Shown here one piece after another: positions 1 to 9,696 of a DNA stretch of 42,658 nucleotides (position 1 is its first letter; each line of letters opens with the position of its first letter). The position numbers and the translations under genes were made by a program. Origin of the DNA: an uncultured Oligoflexus sp. (lineage in GTDB: Bacteria; Bdellovibrionota_B; Oligoflexia; Oligoflexales; Oligoflexaceae); contig CAXSGP010000018.1 of NCBI GenBank assembly GCA_964236955.1, forward strand, positions 13,361 to 56,018, written 5' to 3'. The notes under the pieces are model-generated. The model saw nothing but the letters and a program-made list of their open reading frames with translations. It had not been told where the DNA came from and searched no databases.

Positions 1-362
1 TAAAGGGCCAGGAGCACAATGCCAAGGGTCGTAACCGTTCGGTTCAGCATTGCAATGGTAAGCGATTTCCGAATCCCAAGAACATCAGTCATGACGCCCG
101 AGAAAAAAAGCAGGATGGTAATGAGCGAGGTGAAAAGAGTGACGATATACCCTGCGTTCTGATCGGTTAGGCCGATTTCATGAGAGAGGAAAAGGGTAAT
201 GACCGTGAGGAGCGAAAAATATGCGGTTGAGTCAAGAAAGTTAATCGCCTGCATGCCCCAGAATTCCCTTGGGGTGTCTTTGAGGACCCCGTAACTTCGA
301 AAGTAATCGAGCATCATCTGAGTCGCAGACTTTTCCGCTGGGGCCGAAACATTCACAGTCAT
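1..362 (-). CDS. MFS transporter (peptide/POT-like), 5' part only; runs off the window
   Basis: Manual translation from ATG at 362: MTVNVSAPAEK...REFWGMQAINFLDSTAYFSLLTVITLFLSHEIGLTDQNAGYIVTLF...FFSGVMTDVLGIRKSL. Hydrophobic helices plus an MFS motif-A-like GxxxDxxGxR. Not in the ORF track because the stop lies outside the window. Confidence 0.8.
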   Translation of the reverse strand, partial: MTVNVSAPAEKSATQMMLDYFRSYGVLKDTPREFWGMQAINFLDSTAYFSLLTVITLFLSHEIGLTDQNAGYIVTLFTSLITILLFFSGVMTDVLGIRKSLTIAMLNRTVTTLGIVLLAL

Positions 363-642
363 AGCTTGAGACCTTTCTTGAAAATCACGGATAAAGCCTA
401 TCCGGATACCTTATGTATCTCATCAGCCCGTGTCTCGCAAACATTCCATCATCAGTCCTAGCGTTTCTGGAGAGCTCCTGTGGAATGTTAAGCGCCCGAC
501 CGCCAGCCAAGCACAATCAGCGGATTTTTTCCCGACGATCGCGTCGATTGGGCTAAATAATGACCTGTGGACACAGGCTTAGGGGAGTTTGAAACGGAGA
601 CCCTGTCGTTTTGAAAGTGGAATATCAGCCCCATTGTCCATA

Positions 643-2247
643 CTACCTCACCTGAATCGATGAGATAATGGTATTAAGCCCGCTGTCGACCAGGCAAGGA
701 TTATCGCCGCTTAAGGTGACTTCCCTCCCAGCGAAATTGTCCGCTTCAAAAGCGTGTATTTCCACGCCCGGCGCGGCGCTTAGCGACGCAATATCGTCAG
801 TTCTGATTCCCCTCGCCTGCAGCTGAGCCTGTGTATAGTCCCCAGGCGACAGGTGCACTCCACGCCCTTTATAATTGCAGTCGTTATAGACCATAACAAC
901 GGCGTCGATGACATCGATGACCATGGAACGGGCCCGATCGTTCCAGCCTTCGCCGGCAAGGCAGCCTTCATCACTGGTTTTCACAACCGAGTTGCCTTGG
1001 AAGTTATCCTGATCGTAAAGAGTCACGCGATAGCCTGGCTGAACCTTCAGCGAGGATATTTCATTGTCTGAGATTCCAGAAAAAATAAGGGCAGCGCGAG
1101 AATAGCGACCCATAAAAAACCCCGCCGCGGCGGTTCCTGCGTAATTGCAATCTTTGAAGACAGTAACGGGATCGGGCGCTTTCCTAACGCCACCCGGTGT
1201 CGTACTCATGATCGCGAAAGCGCGGGCCGCCGTTGCCTGATGGAGTAGCATAGGATTAGCTGTGACGCCTGGAGTATTCCAGAGTTCAGGATATTGGCCG
1301 TTTTTGTCTTTGCATCGATCATGGAGAAAGCTCAGAAAGCCCGCAGCGATGTTTAGCCAGTTGACGTCGCCATCAACCTCGTAAAGGCGAACGTAGGCGT
1401 TGGTCATCTCCTGTCCGCCCCATTGTCCGGTTTCTTTCAAAGATCGTGTAGACAAGTCGATATATGCGCTTTCCATTGCCAGACCGAGATGTTTAGCGTC
1501 GTTCCAATAGGTAACGTCGCCCGTTATTCGATAGAGCCGGATAGCGGCTTGGGCGATGACTGCATTTTCATAGCCGCGAAATCCGGGGCCGAAGCCAAAG
1601 CCCTCGCCTTTTACCCAGTTGTAGAGTCTGAGTGCATCGGTCAAATACTGCTTGACCCCTATAGCCTGATAAATCATGAGACCTGTTAACAGAGTCGGGG
1701 CTGTTGCGCAGAGGCACTGCCCTGACCGGTCTCCTTCATGGAAACGAATGCCGCCCCCCGGGTCCGAACCGATGTTCTCACCGCTCATACTGAACGCAAT
1801 GATTTCGCGGGCCCGGGCAAGGTTATTGGCATTGCCGTTTTTTTCATAGAGTTCCATGAACGCTCTGGCGATCCATGCATTATCATCGTAATAGCGGTCG
1901 CCACAGCCACCGGCAACGGCATCATAGCCCCAACGATTGTTGAGATAGCACCAGTAGCGGCTGTGAAACTCGTCTGCCATGGCCTGAGCATCCACGACTC
2001 GCCTCGATGCGATCAATCCAAGCATCTGAATGCCGGACGGCCATGCAAAACCGAAGTTCCGGCGACTTGAATTTTCGTAGTAAAGATGACTTCCTGCAGC
2101 TCTGAAATCCAGTTCTATTCGTGCTTGGGATTCGTCGCTCCACTGCCGGAAGGTCGCCGCGTTTTGAGCGTGGATTGGTCTGGAACCTAACATCATCATC
2201 AGCAGCAGCACGAGCCCTGCAAATAGAACTTTTGTCATTTCACTCAC
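643..2247 (-). CDS. Secreted GH76-family glycoside hydrolase (alpha-1,6-mannanase-like) with two C-terminal beta/gamma-crystallin domains
   Basis: Signal peptide; GH76 catalytic motif RYYDDNAW; helical-barrel repeats (YRITGDVTYW, LYEVDGDVNWL); crystallin motifs (DNEISSLKV, LYDQDNFQG, WNDRARS, FEADNFAG). Start may be the ATG at 2238. Confidence 0.85.
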   Translation of the reverse strand: MSEMTKVLFAGLVLLLMMMLGSRPIHAQNAATFRQWSDESQARIELDFRAAGSHLYYENSSRRNFGFAWPSGIQMLGLIASRRVVDAQAMADEFHSRYWCYLNNRWGYDAVAGGCGDRYYDDNAWIARAFMELYEKNGNANNLARAREIIAFSMSGENIGSDPGGGIRFHEGDRSGQCLCATAPTLLTGLMIYQAIGVKQYLTDALRLYNWVKGEGFGFGPGFRGYENAVIAQAAIRLYRITGDVTYWNDAKHLGLAMESAYIDLSTRSLKETGQWGGQEMTNAYVRLYEVDGDVNWLNIAAGFLSFLHDRCKDKNGQYPELWNTPGVTANPMLLHQATAARAFAIMSTTPGGVRKAPDPVTVFKDCNYAGTAAAGFFMGRYSRAALIFSGISDNEISSLKVQPGYRVTLYDQDNFQGNSVVKTSDEGCLAGEGWNDRARSMVIDVIDAVVMVYNDCNYKGRGVHLSPGDYTQAQLQARGIRTDDIASLSAAPGVEIHAFEADNFAGREVTLSGDNPCLVDSGLNTIISSIQVR

Positions 2248-2911
2248 TTTTATTAAATGGTTTTCGTGATACGGCAGCCCAAAGACAAGGCGCGCTAAGG
2301 CCTTTCAGGAAGGAGGTGCCCGTTCGGGTGCAAGCCCCAAAGCAAGGGAATGACCCGATTTCGAGGCTGGAAGCTTCCGCCTTAATGTCTAGAAACTGTC
2401 GTGTATGGAATTAATTCTACATGGATTTAATCGGAGAAGAAAGTTTATGCCGGACTGACTCTGTCTCGACAGAAATTTGGACACTTGAAAGAAAAGCAGT
2501 CTATTGAATGAATAGAGCCACTATCGGTTCTTTTTTTGAGTGACGTTTTACAGCGAGAATTTTCCTTCGGCTCATTAAGAAAGGCCATTCGATGAAGGGC
2601 CCCAGTGACCGTCGACAGTCGGCGTGATCTGCCGGTGTCCGGCCTTCGTCTTCGATCGGGCTTTCCATGACAGTTATCCTGTTAACTGCGACATTTGGCA
2701 GCCGCTTTGGAATATTAACAAGGCTCAAAAAGAAACCTGGATAGAGGTCCATCGACAGGTCATCCGAAGATCCCTTTCCACCGATGCCTCTAGCCAGTCA
2801 GTCCTACTCCCGCACCCAGCGTGAGATAATTGATTCTCAAAATGGGCAGGATGCGTAAGAATGGAGAGAGATCAATCCGAATGTCCATTCAAACTGTAGA
2901 GATGGTAAATC

Positions 2912-3271
2912 ATGAACATTTTTTTGTGGATTCTTCAAGTCCTTCTCGCCCTTCACACCGGCATCGGCGCAGTTTGGAAGTTTTCCAATTCCGAGCAAAC
3001 CGTGCCTTCTCTGAAGGCGATTCCCCATCAAGTTTGGATGGCGATGAGCGTCATGGAGCTGCTTTGCAGCTTGGGCCTGATTCTCCCGGCATTTTACCAG
3101 CCCATGGCATCCCTTGCACCTTTTGCGGCGGGTTGTATCGCCTTGGAAATGTTGGTTTTTTCAGGATTGCATATCTATTCTGCTGATAAAAATTATGGGC
3201 CTATGATTTATTGGCTCGTGGTGGCAGCGCTAAGCGCGTTTATTGCCTACGGGCGATCTCAATGGCCATGA
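2912..3271 (+). CDS. DoxX-family membrane protein
   Basis: MNIFLWILQVLLAL...GAVWK start, four hydrophobic segments, ELLCSLGLILP motif, AFIAYGR end. Confidence 0.8.
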   Translation: MNIFLWILQVLLALHTGIGAVWKFSNSEQTVPSLKAIPHQVWMAMSVMELLCSLGLILPAFYQPMASLAPFAAGCIALEMLVFSGLHIYSADKNYGPMIYWLVVAALSAFIAYGRSQWP

Positions 3272-3464
3272 AGTCTTGCTGCAGCTGTTGCGGTCCGGAA
3301 GTGAGGGACTTCGATATCGCGTCTCCGGCCCTAGCTTATAATAGCCGGTCGAGGCCTCGTTAACAGCTCTGCAAAGCCAAGCATTTCCGCTGCCAACGGG
3401 TGCCGGAGCAAGGGCTTGTTCTCCCCTATTCTTAGCTGGAACATAAGGTCAAAAAATACTGAAT

Positions 3465-3482
3465 CGACCCCGGAAGGGGTCG
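3465..3482. terminator. Hairpin between convergent genes
   Basis: CGACCCC-GGAA-GGGGTCG perfect 7-bp stem just beyond the stop at 3506. Confidence 0.45.
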
Positions 3483-3505
3483 CCTGCGTCGCCCAGGAAT
3501 TAAGA

Positions 3506-4486
3506 TTAAAGGGCTTGAGTGCTAATTAAAAAGTAGAGAAAGGAGTTACCGTTTTTCAAGACGAGTATCATTTTTGGATTGAATGCCAGTTGACCCGGCC
3601 CATCGAGAGTATCCGTCAGGAAGCCGCCAAGTCCGTTTGTGGTGTTCGACACCGACTGGCTGGCCAGGGCCGAGCTGCCTGAAAATAAATCCATCAGCTG
3701 CTGAGCGCTTGGAGCACCGCTATAAATGTCCTGAACGAGAGCATAGGAGGTTTCGCTAAGGGCTAAGCCGGAACATTTCGCGGCCGCGCCGGCCATGAGC
3801 TCCTGGCATTCGAATTGAAAGGTAAAACGTCCAAAGCCGCTGGCGTTTAAGCCCTGAAAATTGATTTTGTCGATTTTATAGTTGGGCGGCAGATCGCCCT
3901 CTACGGCAGCCGAATGTCCCTCGCTTACGCTATCGTTAGACACCACTGATGAATCGCCGGCTCGAATGATCGAAAAAGTATAACGGACGATATCTGTAGG
4001 GGCAACAGGGGTCGAAATTTGGTTGGATACGGCAACGTTTATTTTGTTGGTGCCACTGCTATCAGTAAAAATCGCAGTTGAGTTCACCACAAAACTGCTA
4101 AATGGAACCGCCGATGGGTTGCTACTGCTATAGGATTTGCCATTTACAGTTAGACTGTTCATTTTCGCCAGACAGCCCGTATCATTTTTGAAGATCTTAA
4201 AAGTGGGCGTGGATTCTGTCGCCGATTCGGTCGTGCCCGAAATACATCCTGACAAGCTTATGGAAAATGCGGTTGCAGTCGTAGCAAGGCTAAGCTGGTC
4301 GGATGAAATACTGATGGGAATCGATATTTTGTAGCGCTCCTGAACCGTAGTATCCGAGGTATCAGGTTTGATAGTTGCCTTTTCTGCCTGCACAGCCAGG
4401 GGTTCAGCATGGGTTGAACCCTTAGATCCATAGGACCCGCAGGCTGGGAATGCGAAACTCATAGCAACGAGCAAAAGATTTTTCAT
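3506..4486 (-). CDS. Hypothetical lipoprotein, Ser/Thr-rich and probably beta-rich
   Basis: ATG at 4486 with AGGAG RBS; MKNLLLVAMSFAFPAC lipobox-like Cys; paired Cys (LSGCISG...DTGCLAK). Confidence 0.75.
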   Translation of the reverse strand: MKNLLLVAMSFAFPACGSYGSKGSTHAEPLAVQAEKATIKPDTSDTTVQERYKISIPISISSDQLSLATTATAFSISLSGCISGTTESATESTPTFKIFKNDTGCLAKMNSLTVNGKSYSSSNPSAVPFSSFVVNSTAIFTDSSGTNKINVAVSNQISTPVAPTDIVRYTFSIIRAGDSSVVSNDSVSEGHSAAVEGDLPPNYKIDKINFQGLNASGFGRFTFQFECQELMAGAAAKCSGLALSETSYALVQDIYSGAPSAQQLMDLFSGSSALASQSVSNTTNGLGGFLTDTLDGPGQLAFNPKMILVLKNGNSFLYFLISTQAL

Positions 4487-4556
4487 GGCATCTCCTAAAA
4501 TCTTCTCCGGCTTCCCATCCACGAGAAAACACCCAGTATTTGGAAGCATGAATTTT

Positions 4557-4584
4557 AAATCGGGACATATGTCCCGAAACTTTA
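4557..4584 (-). promoter_or_regulatory. Sigma28/FliA-like promoter overlapped by a perfect 18-bp palindrome
   Basis: Minus strand reads TAAAGTTT-N12-CCCGATTT. TCGGGACATATGTCCCGA (4560-4577) is its own reverse complement. Confidence 0.55.
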
Positions 4585-4801
4585 GCTCTTTTTAAGCAAA
4601 ACACAGCTGGTGTATAAATGCTTAAAAGCATGGAGTTAACTTTGAGCTTTTGTGATTTTTACAATAAAATATTAAAAAAGAATGAAAAGGCAGGGGCAAA
4701 ATTGATGGGAATGGACGAGGCAAGGCACTCTTGCTGGAAACTTTAGGGAAGACTGCTTAAGCCTGGCGAGGTCAGATCCGCCTCTTTCGGGTGTTGGGGA
4801 C

Positions 4802-5545
4802 CTAGAAGCTCAGCCCGACCCCAAGCCTGGAGAGCAACCCTCTTGATTGCGTCGGATTATCATCAGAATAGGTTTTTTCCTGTATGCTTTCAAAACCCGA
4901 TTGAGTGGCCTTTTCGGTGAGCGATAATCCATCAGCTGTCGTTTTCATTTTTTCCATGCCAAGATCCACAAAGAGATAGCTGATGCCAAAGGGGATACGA
5001 AAGCCAACGGCATACTGCAGTAAACTTGCTTTCACCTCGCCGTCGATTTGGAAATCATAGGCCAGCGGAGCGCCCATGTAGTTCCCGGTGGATTTGTAAT
5101 CGATGGTGTTTTGTAGGTTTCCCAGCTGATAGGATACTCTGAGATAGGGTGCAAAATGCTTCCAGAGCAGACTGATCGACATCTGAGGCCCATAGACAAG
5201 CCCTCGTCTTGAGCCCGAACTCTTAGCAGTGCCCACATCAGCCACCGATGGAAAGCGATTGGGGTCCTCATAGAAGGACTTGGCGTTTGCGCTAAGATCT
5301 CGACTTAATTCTGCCATATCGTAATTTTTCTGTGAGGCAAGCAAACCCAACGACAGCGGAAATTTTTTCAGGCGGTATCCCACATAGAAATCCAACGCCT
5401 GGCAGGGGATCGAGAGATTGAACTGAGATCCTTCATTCTGTAGGACGTGCTTCGCCCGTGCGGCGGCAATTTCGATTTCGACATTAGCAAATGCTGACGG
5501 GCTTAATGCCAAAAATGCGAAAACTACAATTTTTTCAACGCGCAT
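4802..5545 (-). CDS. Outer-membrane beta-barrel protein
   Basis: Signal peptide ending AFA; alternating strands (FYVGYRL, PYLRVSYQLG, YAVGFRI); C-terminal RLGVGLSF BAM-type signal. Confidence 0.7.
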   Translation of the reverse strand: MRVEKIVVFAFLALSPSAFANVEIEIAAARAKHVLQNEGSQFNLSIPCQALDFYVGYRLKKFPLSLGLLASQKNYDMAELSRDLSANAKSFYEDPNRFPSVADVGTAKSSGSRRGLVYGPQMSISLLWKHFAPYLRVSYQLGNLQNTIDYKSTGNYMGAPLAYDFQIDGEVKASLLQYAVGFRIPFGISYLFVDLGMEKMKTTADGLSLTEKATQSGFESIQEKTYSDDNPTQSRGLLSRLGVGLSF

Positions 5546-5568
5546 GGGAGTGGCTCCGCCGATTTGAA

Positions 5569-6735
5569 TTAAGGTGTGATGACCAAGGCTGCGTTATAGA
5601 GGTCCCGAATCGCCTCGAAATCCCAAGGGCTAATGGTATTGGTACCCTTGCTGTAGCCCATGATCGATTCATGCCGGGCGCTGCCGTCCGCGTTGACGCG
5701 AAAATCGTGACCCAGTCCCCAGAAGTGTCCTAATTCGTGCATAGTCACAGGACTTGGCTCGCCGCTTGCCAGTTCGTTATTTAGAAAGTCTGAGAATAGA
5801 AAGATATCGCTATCAATAATGTGCCGGCTTGCGAGATTGATCGAAGGCAGCGTCACGCCCAAGACCTTGGCGGTCGGGCTACTGCTTTCATTGAAGCTCG
5901 GGACAATGTAGATGCAATGAAAGTTTAGGTCAGAAAAAGGGGGATAGATTGCAGAAACTTTAAAGGGAAGAGGCAGACGCTCGCTGCCACCTAAGGGATC
6001 GGCTCCCCAGGCTTCGACGCTTTTTCGAATGCTGTCCGTGACGGCCGCGCTGCCCGTCCCGCAGTAATGAACTGCGGGTAGCGAATCCCAGGTATTTCTT
6101 TCAGAGCCATTTAAGAACTGATAATCCCCGGTGGTGTAGACGGGATTAGAAAGCTCCTGAACGGACCCGAAGACATAAGAGGTGAGTACCACTCCACTAT
6201 TGTTTTGCCTATGTTTTACCAGAATACTGAAAGCCATCTGATCATTTTTCAGACTGTAATGCACAACTTCCACGGCCTGCCCATTGATATCGACCAGCTT
6301 AAGCTCGTCTCCGCTTGCGTCAAATCCAAAAACCGGGCTGATTTTACTTGCCGGGGCATGCCACAGCATTCTACCGTCACCATCCTTGGAAAACTGGTAG
6401 AGCGCGACTTGCCGGACATCGTTGCTGCCCCCATCAGTCCGGTTCTCTGCTTCGATTTGGGCTACGGTCGCCGCGGTGGAGAGCCGTGACTTCTCGACAA
6501 AGACTCCGGTATTCATAAGGTGAAAGTTATTGTAAAGCAAAACGTCAGCGGAGGGTAAAAGCCCATCGGTGTAAAAACTCGCGCCACTGAGCAGGGCGAG
6601 GGGAGATCCATGGGTGAAATATGTGGTCTTATCCTGGTAGTTCGCGGCAAGGGACCCGGCCTTTCCACAGCCAGGCAATATGGTGAGCAACAGGACTGAA
6701 AAACAGGATATTAACCTGAACACTTGAACTCCCAC
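5569..6735 (-). CDS. Lipoprotein metzincin metallopeptidase (matrixin/M10-like)
   Basis: Lipobox LPGC; HELGHFWGLGH zinc motif; Met-turn SIMGY; C-terminal DFEAIRDLY. Confidence 0.85.
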   Translation of the reverse strand: MGVQVFRLISCFSVLLLTILPGCGKAGSLAANYQDKTTYFTHGSPLALLSGASFYTDGLLPSADVLLYNNFHLMNTGVFVEKSRLSTAATVAQIEAENRTDGGSNDVRQVALYQFSKDGDGRMLWHAPASKISPVFGFDASGDELKLVDINGQAVEVVHYSLKNDQMAFSILVKHRQNNSGVVLTSYVFGSVQELSNPVYTTGDYQFLNGSERNTWDSLPAVHYCGTGSAAVTDSIRKSVEAWGADPLGGSERLPLPFKVSAIYPPFSDLNFHCIYIVPSFNESSSPTAKVLGVTLPSINLASRHIIDSDIFLFSDFLNNELASGEPSPVTMHELGHFWGLGHDFRVNADGSARHESIMGYSKGTNTISPWDFEAIRDLYNAALVITP

Positions 6736-7061
6736 TTTTGAAGGTAGGCTCCATTATAGATTGGAAATCTAAGATAGGCTAGGTAGTTCATAAATCAAGG
6801 CCGATAGGAGAAAACGGGCAGGATGAACCGAAGGCTACGTCCTGTCGGAATCAATGTTGCGGCTTCCCAGTCCCCCCCCGGGTCTTGTGAAATCGGCCGA
6901 CGAGGGATCATATGCTGCAGGTTGCCAGAGGCAGGTGGGCTTTCAAGGGGTAGGTGCCGGCGATCAAGGTGCCCCTGGCACCCACTGCGGACGGATCATT
7001 GGGACAACACTCTTGGCCTCGAAAATCCCATCGATACGAGAGAGCCGTTGCAAAAGCAGCT

Positions 7062-7808
7062 CTAAAGGATCTGCTGAGTACAAATACTGTTATCACGCGA
7101 GTAAGTTTGTGGATCACTGCTTATATTGTAGATGATACTCACTTTGAAGTTTGGGCAGATGGTGATCTCGTAATAGAAATCTGTTTGATTCGGGTCCTCT
7201 TTGTTGATTCGATGGGCACTAAAGGTATAGTAGCCATCGGGAAAGGACTCAGGAAGTGGCTGCTCATGGTGATATTCCACCCGTGATTTCAGATAAGCAA
7301 GCTGCTCCCCGTCGAGCACGGCATTGAGATCATCGCCAAGCTCCAAATCCCTGAGTACGGCTTCAAACATGTCATCACAACCTGCGTAGAGATTCACCGA
7401 TTTCTGGCCGTTAAACGTATAGTTCAGGATAGTGTTGTTTCCTCTACAGATGGTAAGCATCACGTTTCTGGTGTGCACCCCATCCGAATAGAAATACTTT
7501 TGTATCCTCCCCACCGTTGTGCCTTCGGGAAATTCGAACTCCTGGAAGGAAAGTCTTGCTAACATTAACGGGTCGATATTCAATAAAGTCGATCCTGATT
7601 GCATGCTTTTAATCGTGTCTTCGATGGCAGCGAAAGCATCGGCCTGATCCTCGACGCTAAAGGCCGGAGGTGTTTCCTGGGCGGAGATTTTGCCGGCTGC
7701 ATCACTGGACGGACCCTGCGCGCTGGTGGGAGCCGCTACCGTAGAATTGGTGTGATTGCTGCCGCAGCTCCACCCAAACAAAACGAAACACAAGATGTGA
7801 ATTTTCAT
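7062..7808 (-). CDS. Hypothetical lipoprotein
   Basis: MKIHILCFVLFGWSCG lipobox followed by a flexible Ser/Ala/Pro tether; 248-aa ORF. Confidence 0.7.
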   Translation of the reverse strand: MKIHILCFVLFGWSCGSNHTNSTVAAPTSAQGPSSDAAGKISAQETPPAFSVEDQADAFAAIEDTIKSMQSGSTLLNIDPLMLARLSFQEFEFPEGTTVGRIQKYFYSDGVHTRNVMLTICRGNNTILNYTFNGQKSVNLYAGCDDMFEAVLRDLELGDDLNAVLDGEQLAYLKSRVEYHHEQPLPESFPDGYYTFSAHRINKEDPNQTDFYYEITICPNFKVSIIYNISSDPQTYSRDNSICTQQIL

Positions 7809-7840
7809 GACGGGCCTCTAAAATTTTGGACACGTAGAAA

Positions 7841-7867
7841 CGATCGGATATGTTTCAGTGAAATTTA
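7841..7867 (-). promoter_or_regulatory. Sigma28-like promoter
   Basis: Minus strand TAAA-N15-TCCGATCG, about 30 bp upstream of ATG 7808. Confidence 0.45.
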
Positions 7868-8260
7868 GATCTTTCAATTTTTGGCGTAGGTTTCAGTGCA
7901 ACCATCTGGAAATATGGATTAATTATGAGAAAAACTTCAGGATTTCGCGCTCATTCCTGCCTTCTTTCCAGCACCTGGATTTAGATCTCACTTCTATTGG
8001 CGCGAATCATATCGGGAATGCTAAAGGTAACTAGCTGCATTTTGCAGGCATAGGGGGCGAATGTTGAGAATCGACTGTCGTTGTGTGGGTTTTGCGGTCC
8101 CATTATGAAAATCGAATGGCGATACTCCTCGGTAAGCATCGGCGTGCATCGCTTTCCTTGCGTTGATTCATAAATTTACAAATATCCTCAAAAAAGCCGG
8201 GTCTGCTACCGTGTAAATACCCGTCCAGGTTGATGAAATAATAGCCTATTGTGCATGAAT

Positions 8261-8288
8261 TAAAGCTCGTTGCCAATTATGCCGATAA
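8261..8288 (+). promoter_or_regulatory. Sigma28-like promoter
   Basis: TAAA-N16-GCCGATAA (perfect -10 box), about 30 bp upstream of ATG 8320. Confidence 0.65.
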
Positions 8289-8319
8289 GGATATACACTC
8301 CTTTTAAATAGCAGGTATT

Positions 8320-9012
8320 ATGAAAGTTCAACTCCTACCCCTAATGATGTTCATTCTTACAGGCTGTCTGTATTTTGAAGGCGATAAATACTCGAAACCA
8401 ACAGCCTCCAAATCCGGTTCGGCAGACATAGAGAAATCGGCTGGTGACGGAGCCGGAGAAGAAGTGACCGGTGATGAAAATGGTGGCGGGGAAGTTGCCA
8501 CGGGTGCCGATGAAGGCGGCGGTGAGGAAGTCGCTGGAGAGGGCGAAGAAGGAGGAGGTGCAGAAGGCCCTAGCGCCGATGTTGCCAGTCTTGAGGCCCT
8601 AATAATATGGGATGGATCGGCCACCCTGGGCAAGATCTCCGGCAGTGGCTTTTCAGTTGATGCCAAAGGCAAGAAGATAAATAACATCGCCAAAGCCGTT
8701 ATCGGTGATTTGGAGACAGGCAAGAGCCACGAGGTTGAATGGGATGCGATCGAAGAGGTCCTGACCTTGGTGAAAGAGGCTAAAGATGCTCCAGCAAAAA
8801 AGACCCTGGCTCCCTGCGATAAAGCAAAGCTGATGGGCGAACAATACATTTCCATCGTTCGGAACGGCGCCGAAGAAATTTACACAAATGCAGCATTTTC
8901 GGAATGTGAATCAAAAAGATTTATTGATGACGCAAGCTTTGCAGCCATCCTGAAACATATGAAAGAAACGTATCCACTAGCGGCATCCACTGAGACCACG
9001 GCTCATCACTAA
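8320..9012 (+). CDS. Hypothetical lipoprotein with acidic Gly/Glu-rich repeat tether
   Basis: Lipobox LTGC; roughly 11-aa repeats (GDGAGEEVTG, DENGGGEVATG, DEGGGEEVAG). Confidence 0.75.
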   Translation: MKVQLLPLMMFILTGCLYFEGDKYSKPTASKSGSADIEKSAGDGAGEEVTGDENGGGEVATGADEGGGEEVAGEGEEGGGAEGPSADVASLEALIIWDGSATLGKISGSGFSVDAKGKKINNIAKAVIGDLETGKSHEVEWDAIEEVLTLVKEAKDAPAKKTLAPCDKAKLMGEQYISIVRNGAEEIYTNAAFSECESKRFIDDASFAAILKHMKETYPLAASTETTAHH

Positions 9013-9036
9013 AACCTGCCTAGCCCTCAGGCCATC

Positions 9037-9065
9037 GCGTCGTCAAACCTCCTTGACGGCGCTTT
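9037..9065 (+). terminator. Probable intrinsic terminator
   Basis: GCGTCGTCAA-ACCTCC-TTGACGGCGC followed by TTT after the stop at 9012. Confidence 0.55.
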
Positions 9066-9205
9066 CCTCTATCACCCTGCTCCTCATCCCCCGGCTTCCC
9101 TCACTCACCCGAACGCGCAAGTCAACTGCCGAGGAACCATGATAAGCACCCGGCCCGCTGGCAGCCTTTTGCTTGCAAAAAAAAAATTAAAGTAATATTT
9201 CATAG

Positions 9206-9225
9206 ATATATGGGATACCATATAT
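9206..9225. promoter_or_regulatory. Inverted repeat, candidate MarR operator
   Basis: ATATATGG-GATA-CCATATAT just upstream of the 9240-12074 gene run that includes a MarR gene. Confidence 0.5.
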
Positions 9226-9239
9226 ATTCCCCATAAGAG

Positions 9240-9644
9240 GTGCATGAGATGGAAGATACTGTATCAATAAGGACCAATTTTGCCGGCAAAGAGGTCCTGG
9301 TTAAGGGTCAGGCAAGCTATTATACGCCTCAGGAGTCATTATTCAAGGCTTTGAAAACAATAGGTATTTGTTGGGCGGTTGGGCTCGTTTGCGTCCTCGT
9401 TCCGGTCCTCCACTTTGTGTTGACTCCCGCAGCGATACTTGCCGGCCCGATCGCAGCCATTTTGGTCTATAACAGGACCCAAAAGTTACCCAAGAAGTTA
9501 AGCGGATCGGTGTGCTGCGTTCATTGCAACACCCTGACACCTTTTCTTTTTGAAAACGCGAAGCCACCTCTCTATGAAATGTGCAAAAGCTGTCGGACAG
9601 GCTATGAAGTCATCTGGCCTCCCGAGTCCAAAGCACCGGCCTAA
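9240..9644 (+). CDS. Small membrane protein with C-terminal zinc ribbon
   Basis: Two hydrophobic segments (ICWAVGLVCVLVPVLHFVL...), then CVHC...CKSC. Confidence 0.65.
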   Translation: MHEMEDTVSIRTNFAGKEVLVKGQASYYTPQESLFKALKTIGICWAVGLVCVLVPVLHFVLTPAAILAGPIAAILVYNRTQKLPKKLSGSVCCVHCNTLTPFLFENAKPPLYEMCKSCRTGYEVIWPPESKAPA

Positions 9645-9696
9645 GTCGGATCGTTTCAAGCTAAGGGAATTTGTTCGTCGGAGGATTGATCCTTTC

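Noticed and set aside
6823..7135. Short plus-strand ORFs between the lipoprotein genes
   Set aside because: Overlapping alternative frames with no recognisable motifs or signal features.
8328..8855. Ser/Pro-rich antisense ORF (likewise 24818-25136 and 33241-33600)
   Set aside because: Mirror images of low-complexity sense genes that have RBS and signal features.
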